DNA from: Candidatus Undinarchaeota archaeon
Lineage (GTDB): Archaea > SpSt-1190
NCBI GenBank assembly: GCA_964549355.1
Contig: CAZJUS010000001.1
Coordinates: 21,207 to 53,111 of the forward strand
Direction: 5' to 3'
Length of the DNA: 31,905 nt
Part shown: one piece after another, positions 1-7,698 of the stretch
Numbering within the stretch: the stretch's first letter is position 1
Layout of the letters: each line of letters begins with the position of its first letter
Notes under the pieces: generated by a model
Seen by the model: the letters and a program-made list of their open reading frames with translations, nothing else
Told to the model about the DNA's origin: nothing
Database searches by the model: none
Position numbers and translations under genes: made by a program

Positions 1-122
1 GTTCAGCAGGAGACTCTAGGGCGGTGCCGGAGGCACCGCAAAGCGTCAACCGATTTCGGTTGGCAGAGTTCAGCAGGAGACTCTAGGGCGGTGCCGGAGG
101 CACCGCAAAGCGTCAACCGATT
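1..122. repeat. 67-nt-period tandem direct repeat (1-67, then 68-122 identical to 1-55), rich in internal palindromes; REP/MITE-like
   Basis: GTTCAGCAGG...GTCAACCGATT occurs at 1-55 and 68-122. Hairpin GCGGTGCC-GGA-GGCACCGC at 21-39 and 88-106. Inverted ends TCGGTTGGC (56-64) and GTCAACCGA (112-120). The period is not a multiple of 3. Confidence 0.9.
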
Positions 123-1242
123 AGGACGCAGATGGGGACTTCATAGCAACACCTGCCAGGGAGCCGATTGCTGCAAGGCTCACGACAGTGCACAACAGGT
201 ATGCTGTGTTGCCGTAGTTTTGGAGAAGGGTGCCGATAAGTGATGAGCCCCCAAAAACTGCGAGCCCCGTCACCATATGGTACATGCCTATGCCAGTTGC
301 AGACCCGCCTGCGAATTCACTTGCAGTCGCAACTGCCGTGGAATGGAACGCCCCTACGGCCAGGCCGTATGTCATGAACCCCGCCACCATCCACCTCCCT
401 CCAAGGGACATGAGCAGGAAAGTCAAGGCCGCTGTAAGCATACTGCCCATCAGGACCCTCTTGCGACCGACTTTGTCGGACAAAGCTCCCAGCCTGCGGG
501 CGGATACTGCATAAATTATATTGAAGCAGGTGTAAATCAGCAGGCTTGCGACTCCCAGAAAATCCGAGACTGAACGGATGAATATCATGGGCGATACAAG
601 AGCTGTGCTGAAGAGGCCCACCGGCAGGAGGAACCGCTTCAGTTTGCCGGGCGAATGGGAGATGCTTTTCCAAAAACCACCTTCGCTTTTTTTCCAGGCC
701 CTGGCTTTTTTCGGTTCATTCACAAAAATAATAGGAATAAGGGAGAGGAAGCCGACGGCGGCAGCGATCAGCATTGCCCGTCCGTAATCCCCTCCATTGT
801 TTATGAGCAGGTATGCGAAAACAGAGCCGCCGACAGCCCCGAGAGTGTCCAGCGCCCTGTGCCATCCGAAAGCCCACCCTTTATTTTTGGCGCCCGCAAG
901 TATGGCGTCACGCGGACTTGTCCGGATGCCTTTACCGATCCGGTCCGTGATTAAGGGAACAGCCATGCCTGACTGGCCCACAAACGGCAGTGAAAATTTG
1001 GAGAGTGCCGAAGTCAGGTAGCCTGCAAACACCATCGGCTTCCTTTGATTTATTTTGTCAGACATATATCCGAACAAAAGCTTGAAGATGCTTCCCAGCC
1101 CATTCACTATCCCGCCCAGAAGGCCCACCAATGAAGGTGATGAGGCATAGAGTGCCAGCAGTGAAAAAACAGATTCACTGCTGAAGTCATTGAAGAAGCT
1201 GGTGGTCCCAAGGAGGGCCACATTTTTTTTGTCGGCATCCAT
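121..1242 (-). CDS. MFS transporter
   Basis: About 12 hydrophobic segments; MFS motif A twice (GYMSDKINQRKP, GALSDKVGRKRV); DRIGKGIRTSPRDA and HRALDTLGA motifs. ATG at 1242 (MDADKK) preferred because a TATA-like element lies at ~1261-1269. Confidence 0.9.
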   Translation of the reverse strand: MDADKKNVALLGTTSFFNDFSSESVFSLLALYASSPSLVGLLGGIVNGLGSIFKLLFGYMSDKINQRKPMVFAGYLTSALSKFSLPFVGQSGMAVPLITDRIGKGIRTSPRDAILAGAKNKGWAFGWHRALDTLGAVGGSVFAYLLINNGGDYGRAMLIAAAVGFLSLIPIIFVNEPKKARAWKKSEGGFWKSISHSPGKLKRFLLPVGLFSTALVSPMIFIRSVSDFLGVASLLIYTCFNIIYAVSARRLGALSDKVGRKRVLMGSMLTAALTFLLMSLGGRWMVAGFMTYGLAVGAFHSTAVATASEFAGGSATGIGMYHMVTGLAVFGGSSLIGTLLQNYGNTAYLLCTVVSLAAIGSLAGVAMKSPSAS

Positions 1243-1333
1243 ACAATTGCTCCGCTGCAAATATATTTAGGGCTTCCGCCCTGCAAAAATTTTGCCCATT
1301 ACTAATCACCGGGTTTTTAATCATTTGCCTAAC

Positions 1334-1376
1334 AAAGTATTTAAACACCTAGAGACAATTAAGTAACTGGAGGTGA
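1334..1376 (+). promoter_or_regulatory. Putative BRE/TATA box (AAAG-TATTTAAA, 1334-1345) and Shine-Dalgarno GGAGGTGA (1369-1376) for hsp20-cdc48
   Basis: Consensus archaeal TATA-like box; strong SD 5 nt before ATG 1382. Confidence 0.6.
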
Positions 1377-1381
1377 CTATA

Positions 1382-1822
1382 ATGGATCCCTTTGATGATA
1401 TCAGCGAGTTTGAGAAGGCCATGAGGAGGATGATGGAGAGTTTGTTCGGCAGAGGCAGTTTTGAAGTCTTCGCCCCTGTGAGGTTCGGCACGAGGGTGAG
1501 GACGCCCGGAGTCCGGGAGCCCTTGACAGACATAAATGAGACCAAGGACCAGGTCATTGTGACCATGGAGCTGCCCGGCGCCAGCAAGGAGAACATAAGC
1601 CTTGATGTCACTTCAAACGGCATTGAGATTTCAGCCAAGACGCAGAGGATTACGGACACTGAAGAAGTCAGCGGAGCTTCATTCACTAAATTCAGAAAGT
1701 TCATGAGTCTGCCCGCAGAGGTGGACCCGGACAGCGTTGACGCAACCTACCGGAACGGCATCCTGGAAATCAAACTGAAGAAACTGAAGCAGGCCAAGAG
1801 CAAAAAGGTGAAAATCAAATGA
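1382..1822 (+). CDS. hsp20: Small heat shock protein (Hsp20/alpha-crystallin family)
   Basis: DPFDD N-terminus, EPLTDINET...ELPG...KENI, LPAEVDP...ATYRNGILEI, C-terminal IxI-like VKI; SD before ATG 1382. Confidence 0.95.
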   Translation: MDPFDDISEFEKAMRRMMESLFGRGSFEVFAPVRFGTRVRTPGVREPLTDINETKDQVIVTMELPGASKENISLDVTSNGIEISAKTQRITDTEEVSGASFTKFRKFMSLPAEVDPDSVDATYRNGILEIKLKKLKQAKSKKVKIK

Positions 1823-4152
1823 ACAAGGAAGGAGCAGGCTCTCCGACCTTTGAATTGAAGGTTGTTGAGGCGGAGTATTCGGATGTGGGCCGGAGCATTG
1901 CAAGAATCAGCAATTCAATCATGGAAGCCCTGGGCATATCGACCGGGGACATAATCCAGATAGAAGGCAAGAGGAGGACGGCTGCAGTCGCCTGGAGGAG
2001 CAGGCTGGCTGATGAAGGCAAAAAGCTGATCCGCATGGACAGCATAATCCGGCGCAACGCCGGAGTCGCCCTGGAGGACATAGTGAAAGTCAGCAGGTGC
2101 GATGCCAAAAGAGCACAGTCCATAACCCTTGCCCCGGTCGACAACGTCAGCATCCGCGGCAACCTGACGCAGTATTTCAAGCAGATTCTTATCAACAAGC
2201 CCACTGTCATGGGGGACCTGCTCCTGATAGACCTCATGGGCCAGAAAATCCCCTTTGTGGTCGCCCAGTCCAACCCGAAAGGAGTGGTCTACATAACTGC
2301 AGACACCAAATTCAAAGTCAGCGACAAGCCTATGAAGCCCGGCGAGGCTGACATCCCCACTGTTTCCTACGAGGACATCGGCGGGCTGAAAGAGGAGATT
2401 AAAAAAATCCGGGAGATGGTGGAGCTGCCTCTCCGCCACCCGCAGCTTTTCCAGAAGCTCGGCATAGACCCCCCGAAAGGAGTCCTGCTCTACGGCCCCC
2501 CCGGCACAGGCAAGACCCTGCTGGCCCGTGCGGTTGCCAATGAATCGGGCGCCTACTTTATGACCATCAACGGCCCCGAGGTCATGAGCAAATATTACGG
2601 TGAAAGTGAACGGCAGGTCCGCGAAATTTTCGACGAGGCTGCCAAGAATTCACCGGCCATAATCTTCATTGATGAAGTCGATGCCATTGCGCCCAAGCGC
2701 GAAGAAACGCGCGGTGAAGTGGAGCGCAGGGTGGTCAGCCAGCTGTTGACTATGATGGACGGCCTGAAAGGGCGCGGGCAGGTCATTGTGATTGCAGCCA
2801 CCAATATCCCTGATTCCATAGACCCCGCACTCCGACGGCCGGGAAGGTTCGACAGGGAAATTGAAATCAGTGTGCCCGACAGGAAGGGCAGGAAAGACAT
2901 ACTCCAAATTCACACGAGAGGCATGCCTTTGAATCAGGATGTGGATTTGGACAAGATTGTTGAATTCACGCGCGGATTCACAGGCGCTGATTTGGCCATG
3001 CTCACCAAGGAAGCAGCGATGAAGGCTCTTCGGCGCGTGCTCCCGGAAGTCGTGAAGGAAACAGGGAAGGTGCCCAATGAAATTCCCATGGAGGTGCTGG
3101 AAAAGCTTGAGGTTACTATGGAAGACTTTCACAATGCCCTCGGTGAAATAGACCCCAGCGGGATGAGGGATGTCATTATTGAAATCCCCCGCGTCAAGTG
3201 GGAGGATGTCGGCGGCCTTGAGGACGTCAAGAAAGAGCTCCGGGAAAGTGTGGAGTGGCCTTTGAAATACCCGGAAAACTACTCCCAGCTGGGCATAGAG
3301 CCCATGAAGGGCATCCTCATATACGGGCCCCCCGGATGCGGAAAGACTATGCTGGCGAAGGCGGTGGCCAACGAGGCCAATGTCAACTTCATTGCAGTGA
3401 AGGGGCCGGAAATCTTCAGCAAGTGGGTGGGTGAAAGTGAAAAGGCCATCCGCAAAATTTTCCGCAAGGCGCGACAGATGGCGCCTGCAATAATATTCTT
3501 CGATGAGATTGATTCACTTGCGGCAACACGCGGCAGAGATGCCAGCACTGTTTCAGATAAGGTGCTGAACCAGCTCCTGACTGAACTGGACGGGATTGAG
3601 AACATGCGGGGCGTCGTGGTTCTGGCAGCCACCAACCGGGTTGACCTGGTGGACCCTGCATTGACCCGGCCGGGGAGGCTGGACAAAAGCATAATGGTGC
3701 CAATGCCCAACAAAGATGCACGCGTCGAGATTCTCAAGGCGCACACCAGGCATATGCCTCTTTCCAAGGATGTGAATTTGGAAGAGCTTGCCAAGAAAAC
3801 TGAAAACTATACGGGAGCTGACTTGGCAGCCATTGCGCGTGAAGCAGCGATGATAGTCCTGCGGGAATCCGTCCGAAGGCTCAGGAAATTCAAGGAAGAT
3901 GTGCTTGCCACAGTGGAGGGCAAGAAGAATCTGGAAGATGTCGTCGGAAAATACAAAGATGCTCCGAAAGCCATTGAGCTGATAAACCACAACAAAGACA
4001 GCAAGGAAAAACTCAGGCAGGCAGTTGTGAACGCATCGCCGTCAATTTTCACAATGCCTGTGAGCCAAAAGCACTTCATGGAAGCCTTCCTTCAGATAAA
4101 GGCCAGCCTCTCTGAAAAAGAGCGCAAATTCTACGAAAACCTGAAGAAATAG
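1819..4152 (+). CDS. cdc48: CDC48/VCP (VAT) family AAA+ ATPase
   Basis: N-domain plus two AAA modules: GPPGTGKT/IFIDEVD/ALRRPGRFDRE and GPPGCGKT/IFFDEID/ALTRPGRLD. ATGA overlap with hsp20. Confidence 0.96.
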   Translation: MNKEGAGSPTFELKVVEAEYSDVGRSIARISNSIMEALGISTGDIIQIEGKRRTAAVAWRSRLADEGKKLIRMDSIIRRNAGVALEDIVKVSRCDAKRAQSITLAPVDNVSIRGNLTQYFKQILINKPTVMGDLLLIDLMGQKIPFVVAQSNPKGVVYITADTKFKVSDKPMKPGEADIPTVSYEDIGGLKEEIKKIREMVELPLRHPQLFQKLGIDPPKGVLLYGPPGTGKTLLARAVANESGAYFMTINGPEVMSKYYGESERQVREIFDEAAKNSPAIIFIDEVDAIAPKREETRGEVERRVVSQLLTMMDGLKGRGQVIVIAATNIPDSIDPALRRPGRFDREIEISVPDRKGRKDILQIHTRGMPLNQDVDLDKIVEFTRGFTGADLAMLTKEAAMKALRRVLPEVVKETGKVPNEIPMEVLEKLEVTMEDFHNALGEIDPSGMRDVIIEIPRVKWEDVGGLEDVKKELRESVEWPLKYPENYSQLGIEPMKGILIYGPPGCGKTMLAKAVANEANVNFIAVKGPEIFSKWVGESEKAIRKIFRKARQMAPAIIFFDEIDSLAATRGRDASTVSDKVLNQLLTELDGIENMRGVVVLAATNRVDLVDPALTRPGRLDKSIMVPMPNKDARVEILKAHTRHMPLSKDVNLEELAKKTENYTGADLAAIAREAAMIVLRESVRRLRKFKEDVLATVEGKKNLEDVVGKYKDAPKAIELINHNKDSKEKLRQAVVNASPSIFTMPVSQKHFMEAFLQIKASLSEKERKFYENLKK

Positions 4153-4180
4153 ATTAAATACATGCAGGACAGTGGTTGAT

Positions 4181-5170
4181 ATGCTTGCGGTGAAATGTAA
4201 AGATGTGTGGGTTGAGCCCATAAGACTGAATGCGAAGGAGAAGGTTTCCACTGCCCTTAAGTTTTTGGACAGCAAAAGACCGGTGGTGGTGGACCGGACA
4301 GGGGCAGTTGTTGATGGGCATTTGGCACGGCTGGCAGACCCCGGCGACAAGATTGAAAAAATTTCAGCAAAAGTTCCTGCACTGGACCCGGAGGAATCAC
4401 TTTTTGTCGCAGCCCAGCGCATGCTGAAATACAATGTGAATGCTGTTCCGGTCAAAGGGGGCAGAAGGCCAAAATATGTAACCCACCATGCAGTATTGGG
4501 TGCCATAAAGGCCACCAAAACATTTGCGAAGAGGGAAGCCAGGACAATAATGAGGCCAACCCCTGCAGTTTCTGAAAGGAAGGCTGCCAATGCATTGAAT
4601 GTTGCCAATAAGAACGATGCCCGGGTTGTGCCGATTGTGAATTCCGCCGGCAAGCTGGTGTCCGTGTGGTCCAGCGGCAGCATAGCCAAGAAACCGCGGA
4701 TTGTAAAAGAAGGCACACGGCTCAAGCTGATTGCAGACAAGGTTTTGGAAGGGCCTGTTGTTGTAATCAATTCCCACAGAGAGCCTGTCGGCATCATAGA
4801 TGTCCAGGAATTGCTTGAACTTGCAGCAATGTACAGGGAGTTCTCCGCTCCAATTTATTATTCAGGTCTGGACTCGCTTGCAAAATCGACCCAGGAAAAA
4901 GTGAAGGCCATTGTTGAAGACGGCATCAAAAGAATCGGAGATATTGCGCCTTTGCTTCATTCCAGCGTCTACTTGCGCAAAAAAGGGGTTTGGAGCCTGA
5001 AAATTAAGGTTTCTACAAGCTGGCGGACCTTCATGCGCTTCAAGGAAGGGGCCGATATGATGGGGCTGTTCACTCAAATTTTGAGCGGACTATTCCGGGA
5101 AGTAAAAAGTGAAAAAAAGAAGAAAAAAGAGTTCCGGCAGCTGTCAAAAACACAAAAAAGTGCAAAGTGA
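4181..5170 (+). CDS. CBS-domain protein with C-terminal HPF/RaiA-like domain (putative ribosome hibernation factor)
   Basis: Degenerate CBS repeats (PVVVDRTG, LDPEESLFVAAQRMLKYNVNAVPV, VPIVNSAGKLV, EPVGIIDVQELL). The C-terminal ~100 aa have a beta-alpha-beta-beta-beta-alpha pattern ending EGADMMGLFTQILSGLFREVKSEKKK. ATG 4181 is preferred over GTG 4172. Confidence 0.7.
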   Translation: MLAVKCKDVWVEPIRLNAKEKVSTALKFLDSKRPVVVDRTGAVVDGHLARLADPGDKIEKISAKVPALDPEESLFVAAQRMLKYNVNAVPVKGGRRPKYVTHHAVLGAIKATKTFAKREARTIMRPTPAVSERKAANALNVANKNDARVVPIVNSAGKLVSVWSSGSIAKKPRIVKEGTRLKLIADKVLEGPVVVINSHREPVGIIDVQELLELAAMYREFSAPIYYSGLDSLAKSTQEKVKAIVEDGIKRIGDIAPLLHSSVYLRKKGVWSLKIKVSTSWRTFMRFKEGADMMGLFTQILSGLFREVKSEKKKKKEFRQLSKTQKSAK

Positions 5171-5203
5171 AAAGCATAATTAATCAATTTGCAGCATAAT
5201 ATT

Positions 5204-5932
5204 ATGTTCGGAAAGATAGCAAAGTGGATAGGTGTTTCTGAAGAGGTTTCCGCGGAAGAGTCGCTGGACGATTGGACCCTCGGAGATGATTCTGCATTTG
5301 AGTCATCGCCGGTTATGGCAATGTCGCCTGCGAGGTCTGGCGGAGCATCTAGGAAAACCAAAAAAAGAAAACCTGCAAAGAAGAAAACAGTGAAAAAAAA
5401 GGCAACGAAAAAGAAAACAACAAAAAAGAAGACAGTGAAAAAGAAAACAACAAGGAAAAAAACAACAAAAAAGAAAACAGTGAGGAAGAAAAAGACAGTG
5501 AAAAAAGTGAAAAAAATCAGCAAGAAGGACGAAGTCCTGAAGTTTGTGAAGAAGGCTAAGAAAGCACCAACAATCAAACAGGTTGCAAAAGCCTGCAAGA
5601 TTACGGTCCAGACTGCTCGAAGATATTTGTATTATCTGCAGAAAGCCAAGAAAATCAAGAAGAGCGACTGGAGCACGGGTGTGAAGAAAAAGGCCGTCAA
5701 GAAAAAAGCAGTGAAGAAAAAAACAGTGAAAAGAAAAGCCAAGAAAAAAACAGTGAAGAAGAAAGCCAAAAAAAAGAAAACAGTGAAACGAAAGCCGGCT
5801 AGAAAGAAGACCAAAAAGAAAAAGACCGTGAAGAAAAAAGCTCCCAAGAGGAAGGCCAAAAAAGCCAAGAAACCTGCCAAAAAGAAACGCAAGGCCACTA
5901 AAAAAAGAACCGTCAAGAGAAAGAAGAGATGA
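5204..5932 (+). CDS. Histone H1-like lysine-rich protein with central helix-turn-helix domain
   Basis: 242 aa, 95 Lys by hand count. KKK(T/A)(V/T) pentapeptide repeats on both sides of KKDEVLKFVKKAKKAPTIKQVAKACKITVQTARRYLYYLQKAKKI (wHTH-like). Acidic N-terminal segment. Confidence 0.8.
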   Translation: MFGKIAKWIGVSEEVSAEESLDDWTLGDDSAFESSPVMAMSPARSGGASRKTKKRKPAKKKTVKKKATKKKTTKKKTVKKKTTRKKTTKKKTVRKKKTVKKVKKISKKDEVLKFVKKAKKAPTIKQVAKACKITVQTARRYLYYLQKAKKIKKSDWSTGVKKKAVKKKAVKKKTVKRKAKKKTVKKKAKKKKTVKRKPARKKTKKKKTVKKKAPKRKAKKAKKPAKKKRKATKKRTVKRKKR

Positions 5933-5943
5933 AGGCGTGAATA

Positions 5944-6129
5944 ATGGACACTAGACAGATACTTCAAATGGGGCTTGGGACGGTCTCCCTGCTCCTAGGG
6001 GTATTATTGGTGGCCCACTATCAGTATCAAGCTGTAGTGGATGCCGTTATTACGTTCATCATAGCTTTTCTCCTGATGTTAATGGGCGGCTTCCTGTGGG
6101 TCGGCACTGCTGTCAGCATAATGAAGTGA
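5944..6129 (+). CDS. Small two-TM membrane protein, unknown function
   Basis: 61 aa, two hydrophobic helices, SD-like GAAGGCGTGA upstream; fills the gap before the convergent eS1 gene. Confidence 0.7.
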   Translation: MDTRQILQMGLGTVSLLLGVLLVAHYQYQAVVDAVITFIIAFLLMLMGGFLWVGTAVSIMK

Positions 6130-6152
6130 ATTCACTAATTGTGCTGTAACCT

Positions 6153-6725
6153 TCAGAGAAGCTCTATTTTTCTTATTTCAACATGCGAAACCGGCAGAAT
6201 TACATTTGATGCTTTTTTGACGGCTTTCTGGATTTGGTGTTCTATTACATGTTTCAAAAAAGTTTCAAAATCATTGTCTTCAACTTCCTTATTCACTATC
6301 TCATTTAAAATGCCTGTCAAGGCTTTCTTCTGCCGTTCATAGCACAGGTTGGAAGTGATTATTATAGCCTTGACACGGAGTTTCACACCATCTTTGGTTT
6401 TCAAATCCCGGATGATGTCAAGCTTTTCGCAGTTCCTCCTTATGATGCTGTGGAGATATGTCCTCATCACTTCAAAACCCGAAACTTTTGTCTTGGCCGT
6501 AGTACCCGCAACTTTATCGACCTTGAAGAAAAGGGCCATATTGCCCTGCCGGTGGTTTCCCGTCAATTCATTTACGGGGACACGGATGATCCTCCCTATG
6601 ACTTTTTTTGGGTCGCTTGCAGGTGTTTCGCCGACTTCCTTTTCTCCGAACATCTCAGGGGCCAGAATCTGGTACCAGACTTTGCTCTTCCACTTGTCTT
6701 TGCTTTGAACTCTCGGCCTTGCCAT
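6153..6725 (-). CDS. rps3ae: 30S ribosomal protein S3Ae (eS1)
   Basis: KDKWKSKVWYQILAPEMFG, GETPASDP, TKDGVKLRVK, ILPVSHVEIRKIE; overlaps the uS15 stop codon. Confidence 0.95.
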   Translation of the reverse strand: MARPRVQSKDKWKSKVWYQILAPEMFGEKEVGETPASDPKKVIGRIIRVPVNELTGNHRQGNMALFFKVDKVAGTTAKTKVSGFEVMRTYLHSIIRRNCEKLDIIRDLKTKDGVKLRVKAIIITSNLCYERQKKALTGILNEIVNKEVEDNDFETFLKHVIEHQIQKAVKKASNVILPVSHVEIRKIELL

Positions 6726-7189
6726 CATCTACCACCTGAGACCAGAATCCTGGCAATTTCCGGAGTATATTTCCATTTGGCATCTATTGCTCCCGTCTTT
6801 CTGTAATACTCCATCAGCCTCTTGATTTTCATTTCCGTCTGGGAAAGCGCTCTTTTGTTGTGCACGTCCTTCTTGTTCCTGGCCAGGTGCTCCCTGACTT
6901 TCACGGCTTTCTTCAGCAGGTCGAAGAGGTCCGCAGGGACTTCGCCGGAGAGCTTATTTTCTTTCAGAATTTCAGCTATTTTTTTGCCGGCAATCAGCTT
7001 CACGGAAGGGATGCCGTACGAATCCCTGAGCACTGTGCCTATGACTGCAGGTGTCTTGCCCTCTTTTGCAAGCTTCAGGACCAGGCTTTCGACCTCCTTG
7101 GGGCTGTACTGCACCCAGTTGGGCGCAGAAGTCCTGTGGGGCTTGGTTGAGCCGCTTTTGCCTTTGCTGTGAGCATATATTCTGGCCAC
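6725..7189 (-). CDS. rps15: 30S ribosomal protein S15 (uS15, S13e type)
   Basis: MARIYAHSKGKSGSTKP, IGTVLRDSYGIP, HLARNKKDVHNKRAL, KIKRLMEYY; GTG start. Confidence 0.96.
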   Translation of the reverse strand: MARIYAHSKGKSGSTKPHRTSAPNWVQYSPKEVESLVLKLAKEGKTPAVIGTVLRDSYGIPSVKLIAGKKIAEILKENKLSGEVPADLFDLLKKAVKVREHLARNKKDVHNKRALSQTEMKIKRLMEYYRKTGAIDAKWKYTPEIARILVSGGR

Positions 7190-7227
7190 GGGGACTTTTC
7201 GGTTGGCTTTTTATAAGTTTTCCGCCA

Positions 7228-7650
7228 TTAGGCGGGCCGTCTTTTGGTTTCAGTGCCGCACCGCTCGCATACCCCCTTGCGCCGGCGCTTCCATCCGCAG
7301 GCAGGGCAGTACCACACCCATTTGATTTCCTTTTTTATCTGTTTTCCGGAGGCTTCAACTTCGACCCCCAATTTTTTGGCCACGTTCTGGACTGCAAAAT
7401 CGTTGGTGACCACTGCACCCCCTGTTTGGAGCGCCAGGGCCAGGACCTCCACGTCGGCCCTGCTGAGGACGTCCAAGTCGCCGGTTGCTTCCGCCGCCTT
7501 TTCAACTTTTTTTATGTTCTCCGGGGCAGGGGCTATGATTTCCACGACTGGGGGCACTTCCGTCTCCTCCGCCACTGCCGGGGCGGTAACCCCGTTTAAA
7601 TCCCTGCCTTCAATGAAGGCCCCCGAATCCAGCACGCGCCTGCCGGCCAT
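7228..7650 (-). CDS. nob1: NOB1-family PIN endonuclease with Zn ribbon (16S rRNA maturation)
   Basis: VLDSGAFI, TGDLDVLSRADVEVLALA, TNDFAVQNVA, CPAC...CERCG. Confidence 0.9.
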   Translation of the reverse strand: MAGRRVLDSGAFIEGRDLNGVTAPAVAEETEVPPVVEIIAPAPENIKKVEKAAEATGDLDVLSRADVEVLALALQTGGAVVTNDFAVQNVAKKLGVEVEASGKQIKKEIKWVWYCPACGWKRRRKGVCERCGTETKRRPA

Positions 7651-7698
7651 ACAATTCCGGCCTCAAAACCTTCTTAAACTTTGGCCCTGCCAGCTTTT

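Noticed and set aside
1..122. CRISPR array or hammerhead ribozyme
   Set aside because: The repeat is at least 55 nt with only a 12-nt linker, and there are no unique spacers or cas genes. The three-way junction lacks the CUGANGA/GAAA hammerhead core on either strand.
1261..1345. Heat-shock repressor operator upstream of hsp20 (TAATCA twice, CTAAC)
   Set aside because: No complete palindrome matching known Phr or HSR1 sites could be identified by eye.
5074..5967. Phe-rich minus-strand ORFs (174 aa and 111 aa) that look like membrane proteins
   Set aside because: They are antisense shadows of the AAA/AAG Lys repeats of the H1-like gene.
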